DNA of 64,000 nt from Magnetospirillum sp. WYHS-4 (GCA_039908345.1 JAMOBD010000007.1:14743-78742), one strand, 5' to 3'; positions 46,469-56,528 are shown, counted from the first letter of the stretch. The notes: generated by a model not told the origin, from the sequence alone. Program-made: numbers and translations.

Positions 46469-48571
46469 TCAACCCGCCAGCATGGCCAACAGCAGGATGG
46501 CCACGATGTTGATGATCTTGATCATCGGGTTGACGGCCGGACCCGCCGTATCCTTGTACGGATCGCCGACGGTGTCGCCGGTCACGGCCGCCTTGTGGGC
46601 GTCCGAACCCTTACCGCCGTAGTTGCCTTCCTCGATGAACTTCTTGGCGTTGTCCCAGGCGCCGCCGCCCGAGGTCATCGAGATGGCCACGAACAGGCCG
46701 GTCACGATGGTCCCCAGCAGCATGGCGCCCACCGCCGCGAAGGCGGCTTCCTGGGTACCGGAGATGCCGTAGATCACGAAGTACATCACCACCGGCGCCA
46801 GCACCGGCAGCATCGAAGGCACGATCATCTCGCGGATCGCCGCCTTGGTCAGCATGTCGACGCAGGTACCGTATTCGGGCTTGGCGGTGCCTTCCATGAT
46901 GCCAGCGATCTCCTTGAACTGCCGTCGCACTTCGATCACCACCGATCCGGCGGCGCGGCCCACGGCCATCATGCCCATGGAACCGAACAGGAAGGGAAGC
47001 AGGCCACCGATGAACAGGCCGACCACCACGTAAGGGTCCTGAAGCTCGAAAGCGACCTTCAGGTTCGGGAAGTAGTGGGTCAGGTCCTCGGTGTAGGCGG
47101 CGAACAGCACCAGCGCGGCCAATCCGGCCGAGCCGATGGCGTAGCCCTTGGTCACGGCCTTGGTGGTGTTGCCGACCGCGTCGAGCGCGTCGGTCACCAC
47201 GCGGACGTCCTTGGGCAGGTCGGCCATCTCGGCGATGCCGCCCGCGTTATCGGTCACCGGACCGTAGGCGTCCAACGCCACGACCATGCCGGCCAGGGCC
47301 AGCATGGTGGTCGCGGCGATGGCGATGCCGTAAAGGCCGGCCGCCATGTAGCTGAAGATGATGCCGCCGCAGATCACGATCACCGGCAGGGCGGTGGACT
47401 CCATGGAGACCGCCAACCCCTGGATCACGTTGGTACCGTGGCCGGTGGTCGAGGCGAGCGCGATGCTCTTGACCGGACGGTGTTCGGTGCCGGTGTAGTA
47501 CTCGGTGATGCGGACGATCAGCCCGGTCACCGCCAAGCCGATCAGCGCGCAGGCAAAGAGCTGCGTGCCGGTGACGGCGCGGCCGGCCATCTCGAAGGCC
47601 TTGTCGAAGCCCAGCAGCCAGGAAGTCACACCTGCCACCAGGAAGGCGGAAATCACCGCCGAGGCGATGAGGCCCTTGTAGAGTGCCCCCATGATCTTGC
47701 GGCTGGGGCCCAGCTTGACGAAGAAGGTGGCGGCCACCGAGGCGACGATGCAGACCGCGCCGATCATCAGCGGGTAGATCATCATGGTTTCCACCGCAGA
47801 ACCGGTGAAGAAGATGGCGCCCAGCAGCATGGTGCCCACCGTGGTCACGGCGTAGGTCTCGAACAGGTCGGCGGCCATGCCGGCGCAATCTCCGACGTTG
47901 TCGCCCACGTTGTCGGCGATCACGGCCGGGTTGCGTGGGTCATCTTCCGGAATGCCGGCTTCGACCTTGCCCACCAGATCGGCGCCCACATCCGCGCCCT
48001 TGGTGAAGATGCCGCCGCCAAGACGGGCGAAGATGGAGATCAGGGAGGCACCGAAGCCGAGGGCCACCAGGGCCTCCAGCACATGGCGCATGCCTTCCGG
48101 CGTCTCCGTGTTGTAGATGCCCTTCAGCACCATGTAGTAGCCGGCGACGCCCAGCAGGGCGAGACCGACCACCAGCATGCCGGTGATGGCCCCGGACGTG
48201 AAGGAGACGGCGAGGCCGCCCTCCAGGCCCTGGGTCCGGGCGGCTTCCGCCGTCCGCACGTTGGCGCGCACCGACACGTTCATGCCGATGTAGCCTGCCA
48301 GGCCGGAGAAGATGGCGCCGATGGCATAGCCGATGGCAACCGGGATACCCAGGCGCCAGCCCAGGATCACTCCGATCACGACGCCGACCATGGCGATGGT
48401 TGTATACTGGCGGTTCAGGTAGGCGCGGGCGCCTTCCTGGACCGCTGCGGCGATCTCCTGCATGCGGTCGCTGCCGGCCGGAGCCGAGAGAACGACCCGA
48501 ATCGCCCAAGCGCCGTAGGCCAAGGCCAGGGCACCGCAGGCGAGGATCACGATGTTCACGGTTGTCAGCAT
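46469..48571 (-). CDS. hppA: membrane-bound proton-translocating pyrophosphatase
   Basis: 700 aa with about 15 TM segments. Motifs [39 protein letters not shown] and [14 protein letters not shown]. Confidence 0.95.
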   Translation of the reverse strand: MLTTVNIVILACGALALAYGAWAIRVVLSAPAGSDRMQEIAAAVQEGARAYLNRQYTTIAMVGVVIGVILGWRLGIPVAIGYAIGAIFSGLAGYIGMNVSVRANVRTAEAARTQGLEGGLAVSFTSGAITGMLVVGLALLGVAGYYMVLKGIYNTETPEGMRHVLEALVALGFGASLISIFARLGGGIFTKGADVGADLVGKVEAGIPEDDPRNPAVIADNVGDNVGDCAGMAADLFETYAVTTVGTMLLGAIFFTGSAVETMMIYPLMIGAVCIVASVAATFFVKLGPSRKIMGALYKGLIASAVISAFLVAGVTSWLLGFDKAFEMAGRAVTGTQLFACALIGLAVTGLIVRITEYYTGTEHRPVKSIALASTTGHGTNVIQGLAVSMESTALPVIVICGGIIFSYMAAGLYGIAIAATTMLALAGMVVALDAYGPVTDNAGGIAEMADLPKDVRVVTDALDAVGNTTKAVTKGYAIGSAGLAALVLFAAYTEDLTHYFPNLKVAFELQDPYVVVGLFIGGLLPFLFGSMGMMAVGRAAGSVVIEVRRQFKEIAGIMEGTAKPEYGTCVDMLTKAAIREMIVPSMLPVLAPVVMYFVIYGISGTQEAAFAAVGAMLLGTIVTGLFVAISMTSGGGAWDNAKKFIEEGNYGGKGSDAHKAAVTGDTVGDPYKDTAGPAVNPMIKIINIVAILLLAMLAG

Positions 48572-48916
48572 TCGAGGAACCTTTTCAAGGTTGGAATGTC
48601 GTCAGCAGGGACCGGAAACCCCCCGGGATGGCTTGCGGTAGACGAGGACACCTTTCCCCTGCCCCCAAGAAAACGGAAGGAAGGTGCCAGAAACCGCGCC
48701 ACAAAGCAACCGAACAGACGTGCTGCACTACGGAACGGGATGCGTGCGGCGCACCCGATGCTTCTGTCCCCGAACAATTCGCATGGGCCGATGGAAATGG
48801 CGCGCCTGAAAGGCCAGGGCGGGAAGGGGTACGCATGCCATCGGCCTCTTTAGAACGTCTATTGTTACCCCGACGGATCGAACCGCTATTTCGTTGCTTT
48901 ATTTATTTCGCAATTG

Positions 48917-49372
48917 CTAACGGTTCGGAATGTCGGTCACCGACTGGATCAGGATATCGCTGGCCACGCCGGCCCCCATGACCCGGTCGGTCACCATCAT
49001 CAGGCGGACCTTGAGGATGCCCACGTCGATGCGTTCGGTCTTCTTCAGCATGCGGGGGATGAAGGCGTGGAGTTCCGTAAGGTAGGCGCTACGCAGCTTG
49101 GCCTTTGCCTTGTATAGGGTATTGTAGTTTTCCTGGCCGACGGTCTCGATCTTGAGTTGGATATGGATGGTCGCGGCGGCCCGTTCCTCCTGGAAGACGG
49201 GAATGGCCAGCGGATCGGCCTCGACGAAGAGCTGCTTTTCCTCCTTGACCGGGGCCGGGGTGTCGGGTTTCTCGATCTGGGCGAAGGGGCCGAGCCCCAT
49301 CCACTTGAGGATGCTTACCGCGCCGCCGGCGAGCATCACCATCAGCGCGAAAGCGATGATAAGTTTTTTCAT
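48917..49372 (-). CDS. FliL-like flagellar basal-body-associated protein
   Basis: 151 aa. N-terminal TM KKLIIAFALMVMLAGGAV, then FVEADPLAIPVF...IHIQLKIE, typical of the FliL family. No other flagellar genes are nearby. Confidence 0.6.
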   Translation of the reverse strand: MKKLIIAFALMVMLAGGAVSILKWMGLGPFAQIEKPDTPAPVKEEKQLFVEADPLAIPVFQEERAAATIHIQLKIETVGQENYNTLYKAKAKLRSAYLTELHAFIPRMLKKTERIDVGILKVRLMMVTDRVMGAGVASDILIQSVTDIPNR

Positions 49373-49529
49373 GGCCGACTTCTTCCTCCCGAACCCGCGC
49401 CATTATAGGCGGCGCAAGGGCGTGGAAAAGCGCAAACCTCATCGGGTTCGCACAAGCCGGCGAGGGTTCCCAACTCGGGGAGCCGGGAAGCGAAGCGTCC
49501 CGTCGAAATAAAGCCGCCTTGGACGGCAT

Positions 49530-50546
49530 CTAGAAGTGTCTGAACCCCGGCTTGTCGGGCGTGATGTCGCATCCTTCCGCGTCCAGCAGGCGGACTCCTG
49601 TCCCTTCCCGGATGGTTCCGATCCGGGTAAGGAGCAGGTCCAGTTCCGTCCCGGCTGCCGCGATGCCTTCCGCCGCCTCCGGCCGGGCGGCGAAGACCAG
49701 TTCGTAGTCGTCGCCACCCGTCGCCAGGGCCGTCCGCAGATCGGGCCGCAGTTCCAGAACGGCCTGGGCCGGCGCGGACAGGGGCAGGCGTTCCCGATCG
49801 ACTTCCGCCGCCACCTCCGACGACCTGCAGATATGCCCCAGATCGGCCAGTAGGCCGTCCGAGACATCGGCGGCCGCGGTGGCCAGTCCCTGCACCGCCA
49901 GAAGGCGTCCCAGCGCCAGGCGGGGCGTCGGCCGTTCCAGCCGGTCGACCAGTCGGCGGGCCATCGCCGCGTCCAGGAAGGAGAGTCGTCCCTCCGCCGC
50001 CATCAACCCTAGAAACCCGTCGCCGATGGTCCCGGATACCCAGACGTCGTCGCCCGGCCGAGCGCCGGAACGGCGGAGTTCCTCTCCTCGGCCCACCAGA
50101 CCCAAGGCCGTGACGGTCAGGACGAGCGGCCCGGGCGTCCGCACCGTATCGCCGCCCAGCAGGCGGATGGAATAGCGCTTCTGGTCCGCCGCCAGGCCGG
50201 CGCCAAAGCGGCGGATCCAGGCCTCGTCCAGATCGGCGGGCCAAGCGGTGTTCAGGGTATAGGCGCGCGGCTCGGCACCCATGGCCGCCAAGTCCGAAAG
50301 GTTGACCCGCAAGAGCTTGGCCGCCACATCCTCGGGGGCCGTCCCGGCGGCAAAATGAACGCCCTCGACCATGGTATCGGTGGTGACCACCAGCCGCCGA
50401 CCGCTCGGCAAATCCAGCAGGGCCGCATCGTCCAGCAACCCCAACGCGCCGGGTTCCCCCGCCGCCAGAGGAGCGAAGACCTGGGCGATCAGGTCGAACT
50501 CACCCGCCGTCCGTCGGCTTTTCGGCGTTTGCTCCATGGCCGGCAC
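49530..50546 (-). CDS. thiL: thiamine-monophosphate kinase
   Basis: GEFDLIAQVFAPL..., LDDAALL, VVTTDTMVEGVHF, GGDT blocks of the AIR-synthase-related ThiL family. The start (50546 or 50537) overlaps the nusB 3' end. Confidence 0.9.
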   Translation of the reverse strand: MPAMEQTPKSRRTAGEFDLIAQVFAPLAAGEPGALGLLDDAALLDLPSGRRLVVTTDTMVEGVHFAAGTAPEDVAAKLLRVNLSDLAAMGAEPRAYTLNTAWPADLDEAWIRRFGAGLAADQKRYSIRLLGGDTVRTPGPLVLTVTALGLVGRGEELRRSGARPGDDVWVSGTIGDGFLGLMAAEGRLSFLDAAMARRLVDRLERPTPRLALGRLLAVQGLATAAADVSDGLLADLGHICRSSEVAAEVDRERLPLSAPAQAVLELRPDLRTALATGGDDYELVFAARPEAAEGIAAAGTELDLLLTRIGTIREGTGVRLLDAEGCDITPDKPGFRHF

Positions 50547-51051
50547 CCTCCATCTCGGTGGGGCGCAGGGTCCGCGCCAAGCGGTCCAGCACCCCGTTGA
50601 CCAGCGATGATTCCGTCCCCAGGAAAAAGGCCTTGGCCACGTCCAGGTAATCGGCCAACACCACCTTGGCCGGCGTCTCGGGCCGCGCCAGCAGTTCGAA
50701 GGCGCCCGCCCGCAGGATGGCCCGCATGACCGCCTGCAGCCGTTCGATGGTCAGGCCGCCGGCCAGGGCGCCGTCGATCATGGCGTCCAGATCGGCCTGC
50801 CGGCCGGCCACGCCCCGCACCAGCAAGGCCAGCAGCTCGCCGTCCGGCTCCGCCAGGGGCGGCTGGCCGTCTTCCGCCCCGGCATTGCGCCAGCGGTCGG
50901 CCATGAAGTCCTGCAGTACCGGATCGGCACCCGCTCCGGCCAGATCCATCTCGTATAGGGCTTGCACGGCCGTCAGGCGCGCCGCCGACCGTCCGGTGTT
51001 CTTGGCGCTACGGCCGCGGCCCTTGCTCGATTTGCGTTCGGGATCGTTCAT
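50500..51051 (-). CDS. nusB: transcription antitermination factor NusB
   Basis: ARLTAVQALYEMDLAG..., AILRAGAFELL, INEYLDVAKAFF-like block (LADYLDVAKAFF), VNGVLDRLAR. The ATG overlaps the ribH stop. Confidence 0.9.
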   Translation of the reverse strand: MNDPERKSSKGRGRSAKNTGRSAARLTAVQALYEMDLAGAGADPVLQDFMADRWRNAGAEDGQPPLAEPDGELLALLVRGVAGRQADLDAMIDGALAGGLTIERLQAVMRAILRAGAFELLARPETPAKVVLADYLDVAKAFFLGTESSLVNGVLDRLARTLRPTEMEGAGHGANAEKPTDGG

Positions 51052-51506
51052 CCGGCGAGCCCGAAGCTCTTCTTGACCTGCATCATGCGCAGGCAGGCCA
51101 GGGCGGCGACACCGCCCTTGTCCTTGCGGTCGACGCGGGCACGGGCTTCGGCCTGCTCGTCGTTCTCCACGGTGACGATCCCGTAGCCCAGCGCGATACC
51201 CGGACTGACCGACAGGTTCATCAGGGCACGGGCCGATTCGACGCAGACATAATCGTAATGGGTGGTCTCGCCCCGGATCACGCAGCCAAGCGCGACGAAG
51301 CCGTCGTAGTGGGGACTATTGCCGTGATTCATGGCGCGGACGGCGAACTGGATGGCCGCCGGAATCTCGAAGACGCCGGGTACGTCGAGCACGTCGTAGG
51401 CCACGCCCGCCTTTTCCAGGACCTGGATGGCCCCCTTCTTCAGGTGATCGGCGTATTCCTCGTAGAATCGCGCCTCGACGATCAGGACTCGGGCTTGGTC
51501 CGCCAT
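51048..51506 (-). CDS. ribH: 6,7-dimethyl-8-ribityllumazine synthase
   Basis: 152 aa. VLIVEARFYE, VPGVFEIPAA, ALGCVIRGETTHYDYV, GYGIVTVEN. Confidence 0.93.
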   Translation of the reverse strand: MADQARVLIVEARFYEEYADHLKKGAIQVLEKAGVAYDVLDVPGVFEIPAAIQFAVRAMNHGNSPHYDGFVALGCVIRGETTHYDYVCVESARALMNLSVSPGIALGYGIVTVENDEQAEARARVDRKDKGGVAALACLRMMQVKKSFGLAG

Positions 51507-51518
51507 GGGGCTACCTCG

Positions 51519-52628
51519 TCATGGGGTCGGAATGGGACGCTGTTCCGTCACCTTGAGGCCGAAGCCCTCCAGGGCCACGATGGTGTGGCGGGTGTTGGAC
51601 AGCAGGATCATCTCCTTGACGCCCAGGTCGAGAAGGATCTGGGCGCCGACGCCATACTCGCGCAGTTCGACCCGCTTCTGTTCGGCGATGCCGAGCTTGG
51701 CCTTGATGCGGTCGGAAAGGGCCGTCGGATCGGGCGGACGGATCAGCACCACCACGCCGCGGCCTTCGGCGGCCACCATCTCCATGGCCTTGTGCAGGAT
51801 GCCGGCCTTGCCTTCGGCGCGGCAGCCAAGCACGTCATCCATGATGTTGAGGGCATGCATGCGCACCAGCACCGGCCCGCCCGAGGACACGTCCCCCTTA
51901 ACCAAGGCGATGTGCTCGGCGTAGGCGGTCTTGTGCACGTAGACCATGAGCTTGAATTCGCCGCCGTGGATGCTGTCCAGCGTGCTTTCCAGCTTGCGTT
52001 CCACCAAGTGGTCGTAGCGCAGGCGGTAGGCCACCAGATCGGCGATGGTGCCGATCTTCAGGCCGTGGTGGCGGGCGAACCCGATGAGATCGGGCAGGCG
52101 GGCCATCGTGCCGTCCTCGTTCATGATCTCGCAGATCACGCCCGAGGGGTTGAGCCCGGCCAGACGCGACACGTCGACCGCCGCCTCGGTATGGCCGGTG
52201 CGCACCAGCACGCCGCCCGGCCGGGCGACCAGCGGGAAGACATGGCCGGGCGTGGCGATGTCGCCCCGCCCCTTGGACGGATCGATGGCCACCGCGACGG
52301 TCCTGGCGCGGTCGGAAGCCGAGATACCGGTCGAAACCCCTTCGCGGGCTTCGATGGACACGGTGAAAGCCGTCTCGTGCCGGGATTCGTTATGGCGTGC
52401 CATCAGGGGCAGCCCCAGTTCCTCCACCCGCTGGCGGGTGAGCGCCAGGCAGATCAGCCCGCGGCCGAACTTGGCCATGAAGTTGATGGCATCGGCACTC
52501 GCCATTTGGGCGGGGATCACCAGATCTCCCTCGTTCTCCCGGTCCTCGTCGTCGACCAGAATGAACATGCGACCCTGGCGGGCGTCCTCGATGATTTCCT
52601 CTATGCTCGACAGATGTTCGCGGGACAA
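51519..52628 (-). CDS. ribBA: bifunctional 3,4-dihydroxy-2-butanone-4-phosphate synthase / GTP cyclohydrolase II-like protein
   Basis: DDEDRENEGDLVIPA, RHETAFTVSIE, GHVFPL, RTGHTEAA in the DHBP synthase half, plus a C-terminal GCH-II-like half. Confidence 0.92.
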   Translation of the reverse strand: MSREHLSSIEEIIEDARQGRMFILVDDEDRENEGDLVIPAQMASADAINFMAKFGRGLICLALTRQRVEELGLPLMARHNESRHETAFTVSIEAREGVSTGISASDRARTVAVAIDPSKGRGDIATPGHVFPLVARPGGVLVRTGHTEAAVDVSRLAGLNPSGVICEIMNEDGTMARLPDLIGFARHHGLKIGTIADLVAYRLRYDHLVERKLESTLDSIHGGEFKLMVYVHKTAYAEHIALVKGDVSSGGPVLVRMHALNIMDDVLGCRAEGKAGILHKAMEMVAAEGRGVVVLIRPPDPTALSDRIKAKLGIAEQKRVELREYGVGAQILLDLGVKEMILLSNTRHTIVALEGFGLKVTEQRPIPTP

Positions 52629-52634
52629 GCGATG

Positions 52635-53228
52635 TCACTCCTTCTCGAGAAGGCGCGCAACATAGCGTGCCAGCATGTCGATTTCCAGATTCACCGCATC
52701 GCCCACCCGCACCCCACCCAAAGTGGTGGCCTTCTGGGTGTGGGGAATGATGTTGATGCCGAAGCGGCGTCCGTCGACCTCGTTGACGGTGAGCGAGATG
52801 CCGTCCACCGCCACCGATCCCTTGGAGGCGATGAACTTGGCCATGGCCGCCGGCGCCTCGAAGACGAAGCGCAGGGATTCGTTCTCGGGGGTCATCGCGG
52901 CGATGGTCCCCACCCCGTCGACATGGCCAGAAACATAATGCCCGCCCAGTTCATCGCCCACCTTGAGCGCCCGCTCCAGATTGATGCGCCGCCCGGCCTG
53001 CCAAGTGCCCATGGTGGTCTTGGACAGGGATTCCGCCGATGCCTGGATGGCGAACCAGCCAAGCCCGGTCTCCACCACCGTCATGCAGGCGCCCGAGCAG
53101 CAGATGGAGGCGCCGATCTCGACGGTCTGGGTGTCATAGGCGGTGGCGATTTCGAAACGGGTGTCGCCGCCATCCTTCTTGAGAACGGCGCGGACGGTCC
53201 CCAGGTCGGTGATGATGCCGGTGAACAT
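52635..53228 (-). CDS. ribE: riboflavin synthase (alpha chain)
   Basis: Track ORF 52635..53327; Met at 53228 (MFTGIITDLGTV). Duplicated-barrel motifs are GASICCSGACMTV and GSVAVDGISLTV. Confidence 0.9.
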   Translation of the reverse strand: MFTGIITDLGTVRAVLKKDGGDTRFEIATAYDTQTVEIGASICCSGACMTVVETGLGWFAIQASAESLSKTTMGTWQAGRRINLERALKVGDELGGHYVSGHVDGVGTIAAMTPENESLRFVFEAPAAMAKFIASKGSVAVDGISLTVNEVDGRRFGINIIPHTQKATTLGGVRVGDAVNLEIDMLARYVARLLEKE

Positions 53229-53360
53229 GAGCCTCTTCCTTTCCGAAGGCCCTGACAATAGGCATTTGCCGGCCCGCTGCAAGCCCATGCTTGCCTCCGG
53301 CCGCGGACATCCGGGAATTGCCGTCACAAGAGGGCGCGCTCAGGCGTCTATGAAGGAGAA

Positions 53361-53389
53361 CCCCGCCGGGCGGGCAGGCCGCGGCGGGG
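53361..53389 (-). terminator. possible terminator hairpin downstream of the minus-strand reb-like gene
   Basis: CCCCGCCG-n13-CGGCGGGG stem, about 30 nt below the stop at 53418. The T-tract on the minus strand is poor (TTCTCCTTCA). Confidence 0.35.
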
Positions 53390-53417
53390 GTTGGAAGCAC
53401 TCACCAGAGGCGGGACT

Positions 53418-53741
53418 TCAGGAGGACGCGGGCTTGGCCTGGTCCTCCTGGGGGGCTGCGGCGGGCGACGGCGGCGCCTTGCCGCCGGTCTGGGCGATCT
53501 TGGCCGCGGCCACCGCCGCCGCCATTCCGCCCAGGTTCTGCAGTTGCTGCAGGCCGGCGGTGGTGGCCCCCTGCGCCATGGTGGCCCCTTGCGCCTGTGC
53601 CGCCACCGCGTTCTCGTAGAGCAACGAGGTGGAATGGGCGAAGGATTGGTACAGCGCCGCCATGGCCATGGCCGGCGCAAGCGCCAAGTTCGCCGGATCC
53701 ACGTCGGTGGCCGGCGTCGTCGATACGGAAGTATCCGCCAT
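53418..53741 (-). CDS. RebB/killing-trait-family protein, divergent member (reb-like 1)
   Basis: 107 aa. It keeps the central block APAMAMAALYQSFAHSTSLLYENAVAAQ but lacks the N-terminal NxQITD box. It is transcribed divergently from the other eight. Confidence 0.7.
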   Translation of the reverse strand: MADTSVSTTPATDVDPANLALAPAMAMAALYQSFAHSTSLLYENAVAAQAQGATMAQGATTAGLQQLQNLGGMAAAVAAAKIAQTGGKAPPSPAAAPQEDQAKPASS

Positions 53742-53974
53742 TGTCGGTCTCCATCAATAGATGTTGCACAAGCCGGCGGCGACCGAGGCGCGGCCGAAGT
53801 CATCGATGGCGGACCGATGCCGGCATAGCCATTCTGCCACACAACCCTTCCGGAATCGATCCTCATCACAAACCGGGGGCTGCAACGTCATTGGAGGGAG
53901 CACCGCCCGCTGCCCCCCTTTCGGGCCCGTGGCGCGGAAACGTCGAGGCAGAAATCCGAAAGAGGAGATCAGCA

Positions 53975-54298
53975 ATGGCTATTCCCACCCCCGTCAACGG
54001 CCAGATCACGGATTCGGTGACCCAGGCCAACGTCAAGGTCTTGGGCGACGCCCCGGCCATGGCCATGGGCGCCATCTACCAGTCCCTGTCCCATTCGACG
54101 GGCATCCTGTTCGAGAACGCGGTGAGCGCCCAGCAGCAGCTCGGCATCGCCGCCCAGGCGGCCACCAACCAGGGCGTCATCCAGATCTACAGCATCGACA
54201 CCATGGCCGACGCCGTGGCGACCGGCAAGATCGCCAGCAGCGACGTCCCCGACAACATGCTGTCCCTGCTCAGCGCCCTGAAGGCGGTCGGCGGCTGA
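53975..54298 (+). CDS. RebB/killing-trait-family protein (reb-like 2, class I)
   Basis: This is the last 107 aa of track ORF 53597..54298. The ATG is preceded by AGAGGAG. MAIPTPVNGQITDSVTQANVKVLGDAPAMAMGAIYQSLSHSTGILFENAVSAQQQ... Confidence 0.88.
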   Translation: MAIPTPVNGQITDSVTQANVKVLGDAPAMAMGAIYQSLSHSTGILFENAVSAQQQLGIAAQAATNQGVIQIYSIDTMADAVATGKIASSDVPDNMLSLLSALKAVGG

Positions 54299-54363
54299 CG
54301 GCATGACTGCGGCCGCCGGGTCCCGGCGGCCGTCAACGGAAGCGATCCTGAAGGAGAAAGACG

Positions 54364-54699
54364 ATGGCGGACGATACTCCGGTCAACGGCCAGATCACCG
54401 ATGCGGTCACCCAGGCGAACGTCAAGGTCCTGGGCGATGCCCCGGCGATGGCCATGGGCGCCATTTTCCAGGCGCTCGCCCATTCGACGGGCATCCTCTA
54501 CGAGAACGCGGTCGGCGCCCAGCAGCAGCTCGGCATCGCCGCCCAAGCGGCCACCAACCAGGGCGTCATTCAGATCTATAGTGTCGACACCATGGCCGGC
54601 GCGGCGGCCACCAGCAAGATCGCCAGCAGCGACGTGCCGAACAACATGTTGTCGTTGCTGTCGAGCCTCAAGGCGGTTTCCAGCAAGCCTGTCACCTGA
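54364..54699 (+). CDS. RebB/killing-trait-family protein (reb-like 3, class I)
   Basis: 111 aa, SD GAAGGAGAA. About 85% identical to reb-like 2 by manual count (16 differences in 107 aligned positions). Confidence 0.88.
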   Translation: MADDTPVNGQITDAVTQANVKVLGDAPAMAMGAIFQALAHSTGILYENAVGAQQQLGIAAQAATNQGVIQIYSVDTMAGAAATSKIASSDVPNNMLSLLSSLKAVSSKPVT

Positions 54700-54838
54700 G
54701 GGCCGCCAAGGCCTCCAGGGGACCCGGGAACGCCGGCCCGCCGCGAGGCGCGGGCGGGTCGGCAGCCCGGGTCCGGCCGCTTCCCGAAGCGGCATTCGCG
54801 ATCGCCGATGAGCCGCGCCGTTCGTCAGGAGACAGCCC

Positions 54839-55174
54839 ATGTTCCCTCCCCGCGATGCCGAAGCGCCATCCCAGACCCAGACGGCCCACGCGGGCCCGCA
54901 GGACGACGAGGACGACGAGGCCCCCTGCCAGCCGATGCCCAACCAGATCGTAGCGCCGCAGATCACCGATGCCATCACCCAGGCCAACGTCACCAGTCTG
55001 GGCAGCGGCCCGGCGATTTCCGTGGTCCAGTCCTACCTGTCGATGTCGCAGGCCCAAGGCGTGCTGTTCGCCAACATGGTGTCCAACCAGCAGCAGCTCG
55101 CCATCGCCAGCCACGCCACCACCGTCGAGGCGGTGTCCAAGATCCTGAACCTGGGCGGCGGTTCCAGGAAATGA
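54839..55174 (+). CDS. RebB/killing-trait-family protein with acidic N-terminal extension (reb-like 4, class III)
   Basis: 111 aa, SD AGGAGA 6 nt upstream. A 35-aa extension (…QDDEDDEAPCQP) precedes IVAPQITDAITQANVTSLGSGPAISVVQSYLSMSQAQGVLFANMV. Confidence 0.8.
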   Translation: MFPPRDAEAPSQTQTAHAGPQDDEDDEAPCQPMPNQIVAPQITDAITQANVTSLGSGPAISVVQSYLSMSQAQGVLFANMVSNQQQLAIASHATTVEAVSKILNLGGGSRK

Positions 55175-55191
55175 AGGGATAGGAGGTTTCC

Positions 55192-55563
55192 ATGAGCGTG
55201 CCCAACATCGTCCAGCCCCAGGTCACCGATGCGGTCACCCAGGCCAACGTCACGACCCTGGGCAACGGCGCGGCGGTTTCGACGACCCAAAGCATCCTGG
55301 CCCTTTCCCAGGCCCAGGGCACCCTGTTCGCCAACATGGTCGGCGGCCAGCAGAGCCAGGCCATCGCCGCGCTCGCCACGGTGATGCGGGGCGTGGAACA
55401 GACCCTCGGCGGTGGCGGGAACGAAGCCGACGCCGGCATGCGCCAGGCACTGGTTTCCATCAACAAGACCATCGAGAACGTCGCCGCCCAGTCGGCGGCC
55501 AGCCGCGATTTCCTGAAGAAGATCGAGGGGGTGGCCGAATCCATCTCCATGAAGATCAAGTAG
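55192..55563 (+). CDS. RebB/killing-trait-family protein with extended C-terminus (reb-like 5, class III)
   Basis: 123 aa, SD TAGGAGG. IVQPQVTDAVTQANVTTLGNGAAVSTTQSILALSQAQGTLFANMV, then a unique about 50-aa tail. Confidence 0.8.
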   Translation: MSVPNIVQPQVTDAVTQANVTTLGNGAAVSTTQSILALSQAQGTLFANMVGGQQSQAIAALATVMRGVEQTLGGGGNEADAGMRQALVSINKTIENVAAQSAASRDFLKKIEGVAESISMKIK

Positions 55564-55581
55564 GCGCGAAAGGCGACGGCC

Positions 55582-55803
55582 ATGCAGGTCAACGAACAGA
55601 TCACCGACGCCGTCACCCAGACCAACGTCAAGGTCCTGGGGGAATCGCCGGCCCACGCGCTGGCCATCGCCTACCAGGCCATGTCCCACGCCATGGGCTT
55701 GGCTATGGAAAACGCCACCCAGACCCAGGGGGGACTTCAGCAGGTGGCCAATTCGGCGGCGTCCACCCTTTGCTCGATGATTATCAAGGCGGGCGCCGCC
55801 TGA
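55582..55803 (+). CDS. RebB/killing-trait-family protein, short (reb-like 6, class II)
   Basis: 73 aa. MQVNEQITDAVTQTNVKVLGESPAHALAIAYQAMSHAMGLAMENATQTQGGLQQV. Confidence 0.85.
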   Translation: MQVNEQITDAVTQTNVKVLGESPAHALAIAYQAMSHAMGLAMENATQTQGGLQQVANSAASTLCSMIIKAGAA

Positions 55804-55881
55804 ATCGATTTCACAGACTCCGGGCGACCGGCGTCATAGAGAAGGGCGGTATCCGCCCGGACAAGGACAGGAGAGAGAGCG

Positions 55882-56205
55882 ATGGCTATTCCGACGCCGG
55901 TCAACGGTCAGATTTCCGACTCGGTTTCCCAAGCCAACGTGGCGGTCCTGGGCAACGCCCCCGCCCAGGCCATGGGCACCGTCTACCAGAGCATGGCCCA
56001 TTCGACGAGCATTCTCTACGAGAACTCGGTCATGGCCCAGAAGCATGCGGCGATCGCCGCCCAGGCGGCCACCAACCAGGGCATCATCCAGATCTACAGC
56101 GTCAACTCGATGGCCGCCGCGGTCGCCACCCAGAAGGTCGCGACCAGCAACACCCCCGACTTCATGATGGCGTTGCTGGTCGCGCTCGCCGCCTTGAAGA
56201 AGTAG
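55882..56205 (+). CDS. RebB/killing-trait-family protein (reb-like 7, class I)
   Basis: 107 aa, SD CAGGAGAG. MAIPTPVNGQISDSVSQANVAVLGNAPAQAMGTVYQSMAHSTSILYENSV...QIYSVNSMAAAVAT. Confidence 0.88.
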   Translation: MAIPTPVNGQISDSVSQANVAVLGNAPAQAMGTVYQSMAHSTSILYENSVMAQKHAAIAAQAATNQGIIQIYSVNSMAAAVATQKVATSNTPDFMMALLVALAALKK

Positions 56206-56261
56206 ACTAGGCTCCAGGACAGGGACCCGGACCGGGACGAAAAGACCGACGGGGCTGAATC

Positions 56262-56528
56262 ATGGCGGACGTCACATCAGTCAACACGCAGGTCACCGAC
56301 GCGGTCACCCAGACCAACGTCAAGGTGGTGGCCGAAGCCCCGGCGCAGGCGCTGGGACTGCTCTACCAGACCATGGCGCATTCGATGAGTCTCGCCATGC
56401 AGAACTCGGTCCAGGCCCAGGGCGGCCTGCAGCAGATCGGCAACGCCATCACGTCCAGCGCCGTGCGCATGATCCTCGAGGCGTCGGGCGGCGGCATGGG
56501 CGGCGGGTCCACACCGCCCAAGACCTGA
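56262..56528 (+). CDS. RebB/killing-trait-family protein (reb-like 8, class II)
   Basis: 88 aa. MADVTSVNTQVTDAVTQTNVKVVAEAPAQALGLLYQTMAHSMSLAMQNSVQAQGGLQQI. Confidence 0.85.
   Translation: MADVTSVNTQVTDAVTQTNVKVVAEAPAQALGLLYQTMAHSMSLAMQNSVQAQGGLQQIGNAITSSAVRMILEASGGGMGGGSTPPKT

Noticed and set aside
45620-48853. 1077-aa plus-strand ORF
   Set aside because: It is antisense to the PIG-L deacetylase and the H+-pyrophosphatase, both of which have strong family motifs. Its translation is a repetitive G/D/H/R-rich shadow.
53229-53340. Possible FMN (RFN) riboswitch in the ribE leader. The leader has a closing helix CCTCTT...AAGAGG that would sequester the SD directly before the ATG.
   Set aside because: I could not find the conserved RFN core strings as I remember them (GGTGAAATTCC, AGCCCGCGAGC, GCCGACAGT, AGTCTGGATGG). 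The element would also be about 40 nt too short. It is worth a covariance-model scan (FMN riboswitch family), but the sequence does not support it by eye.
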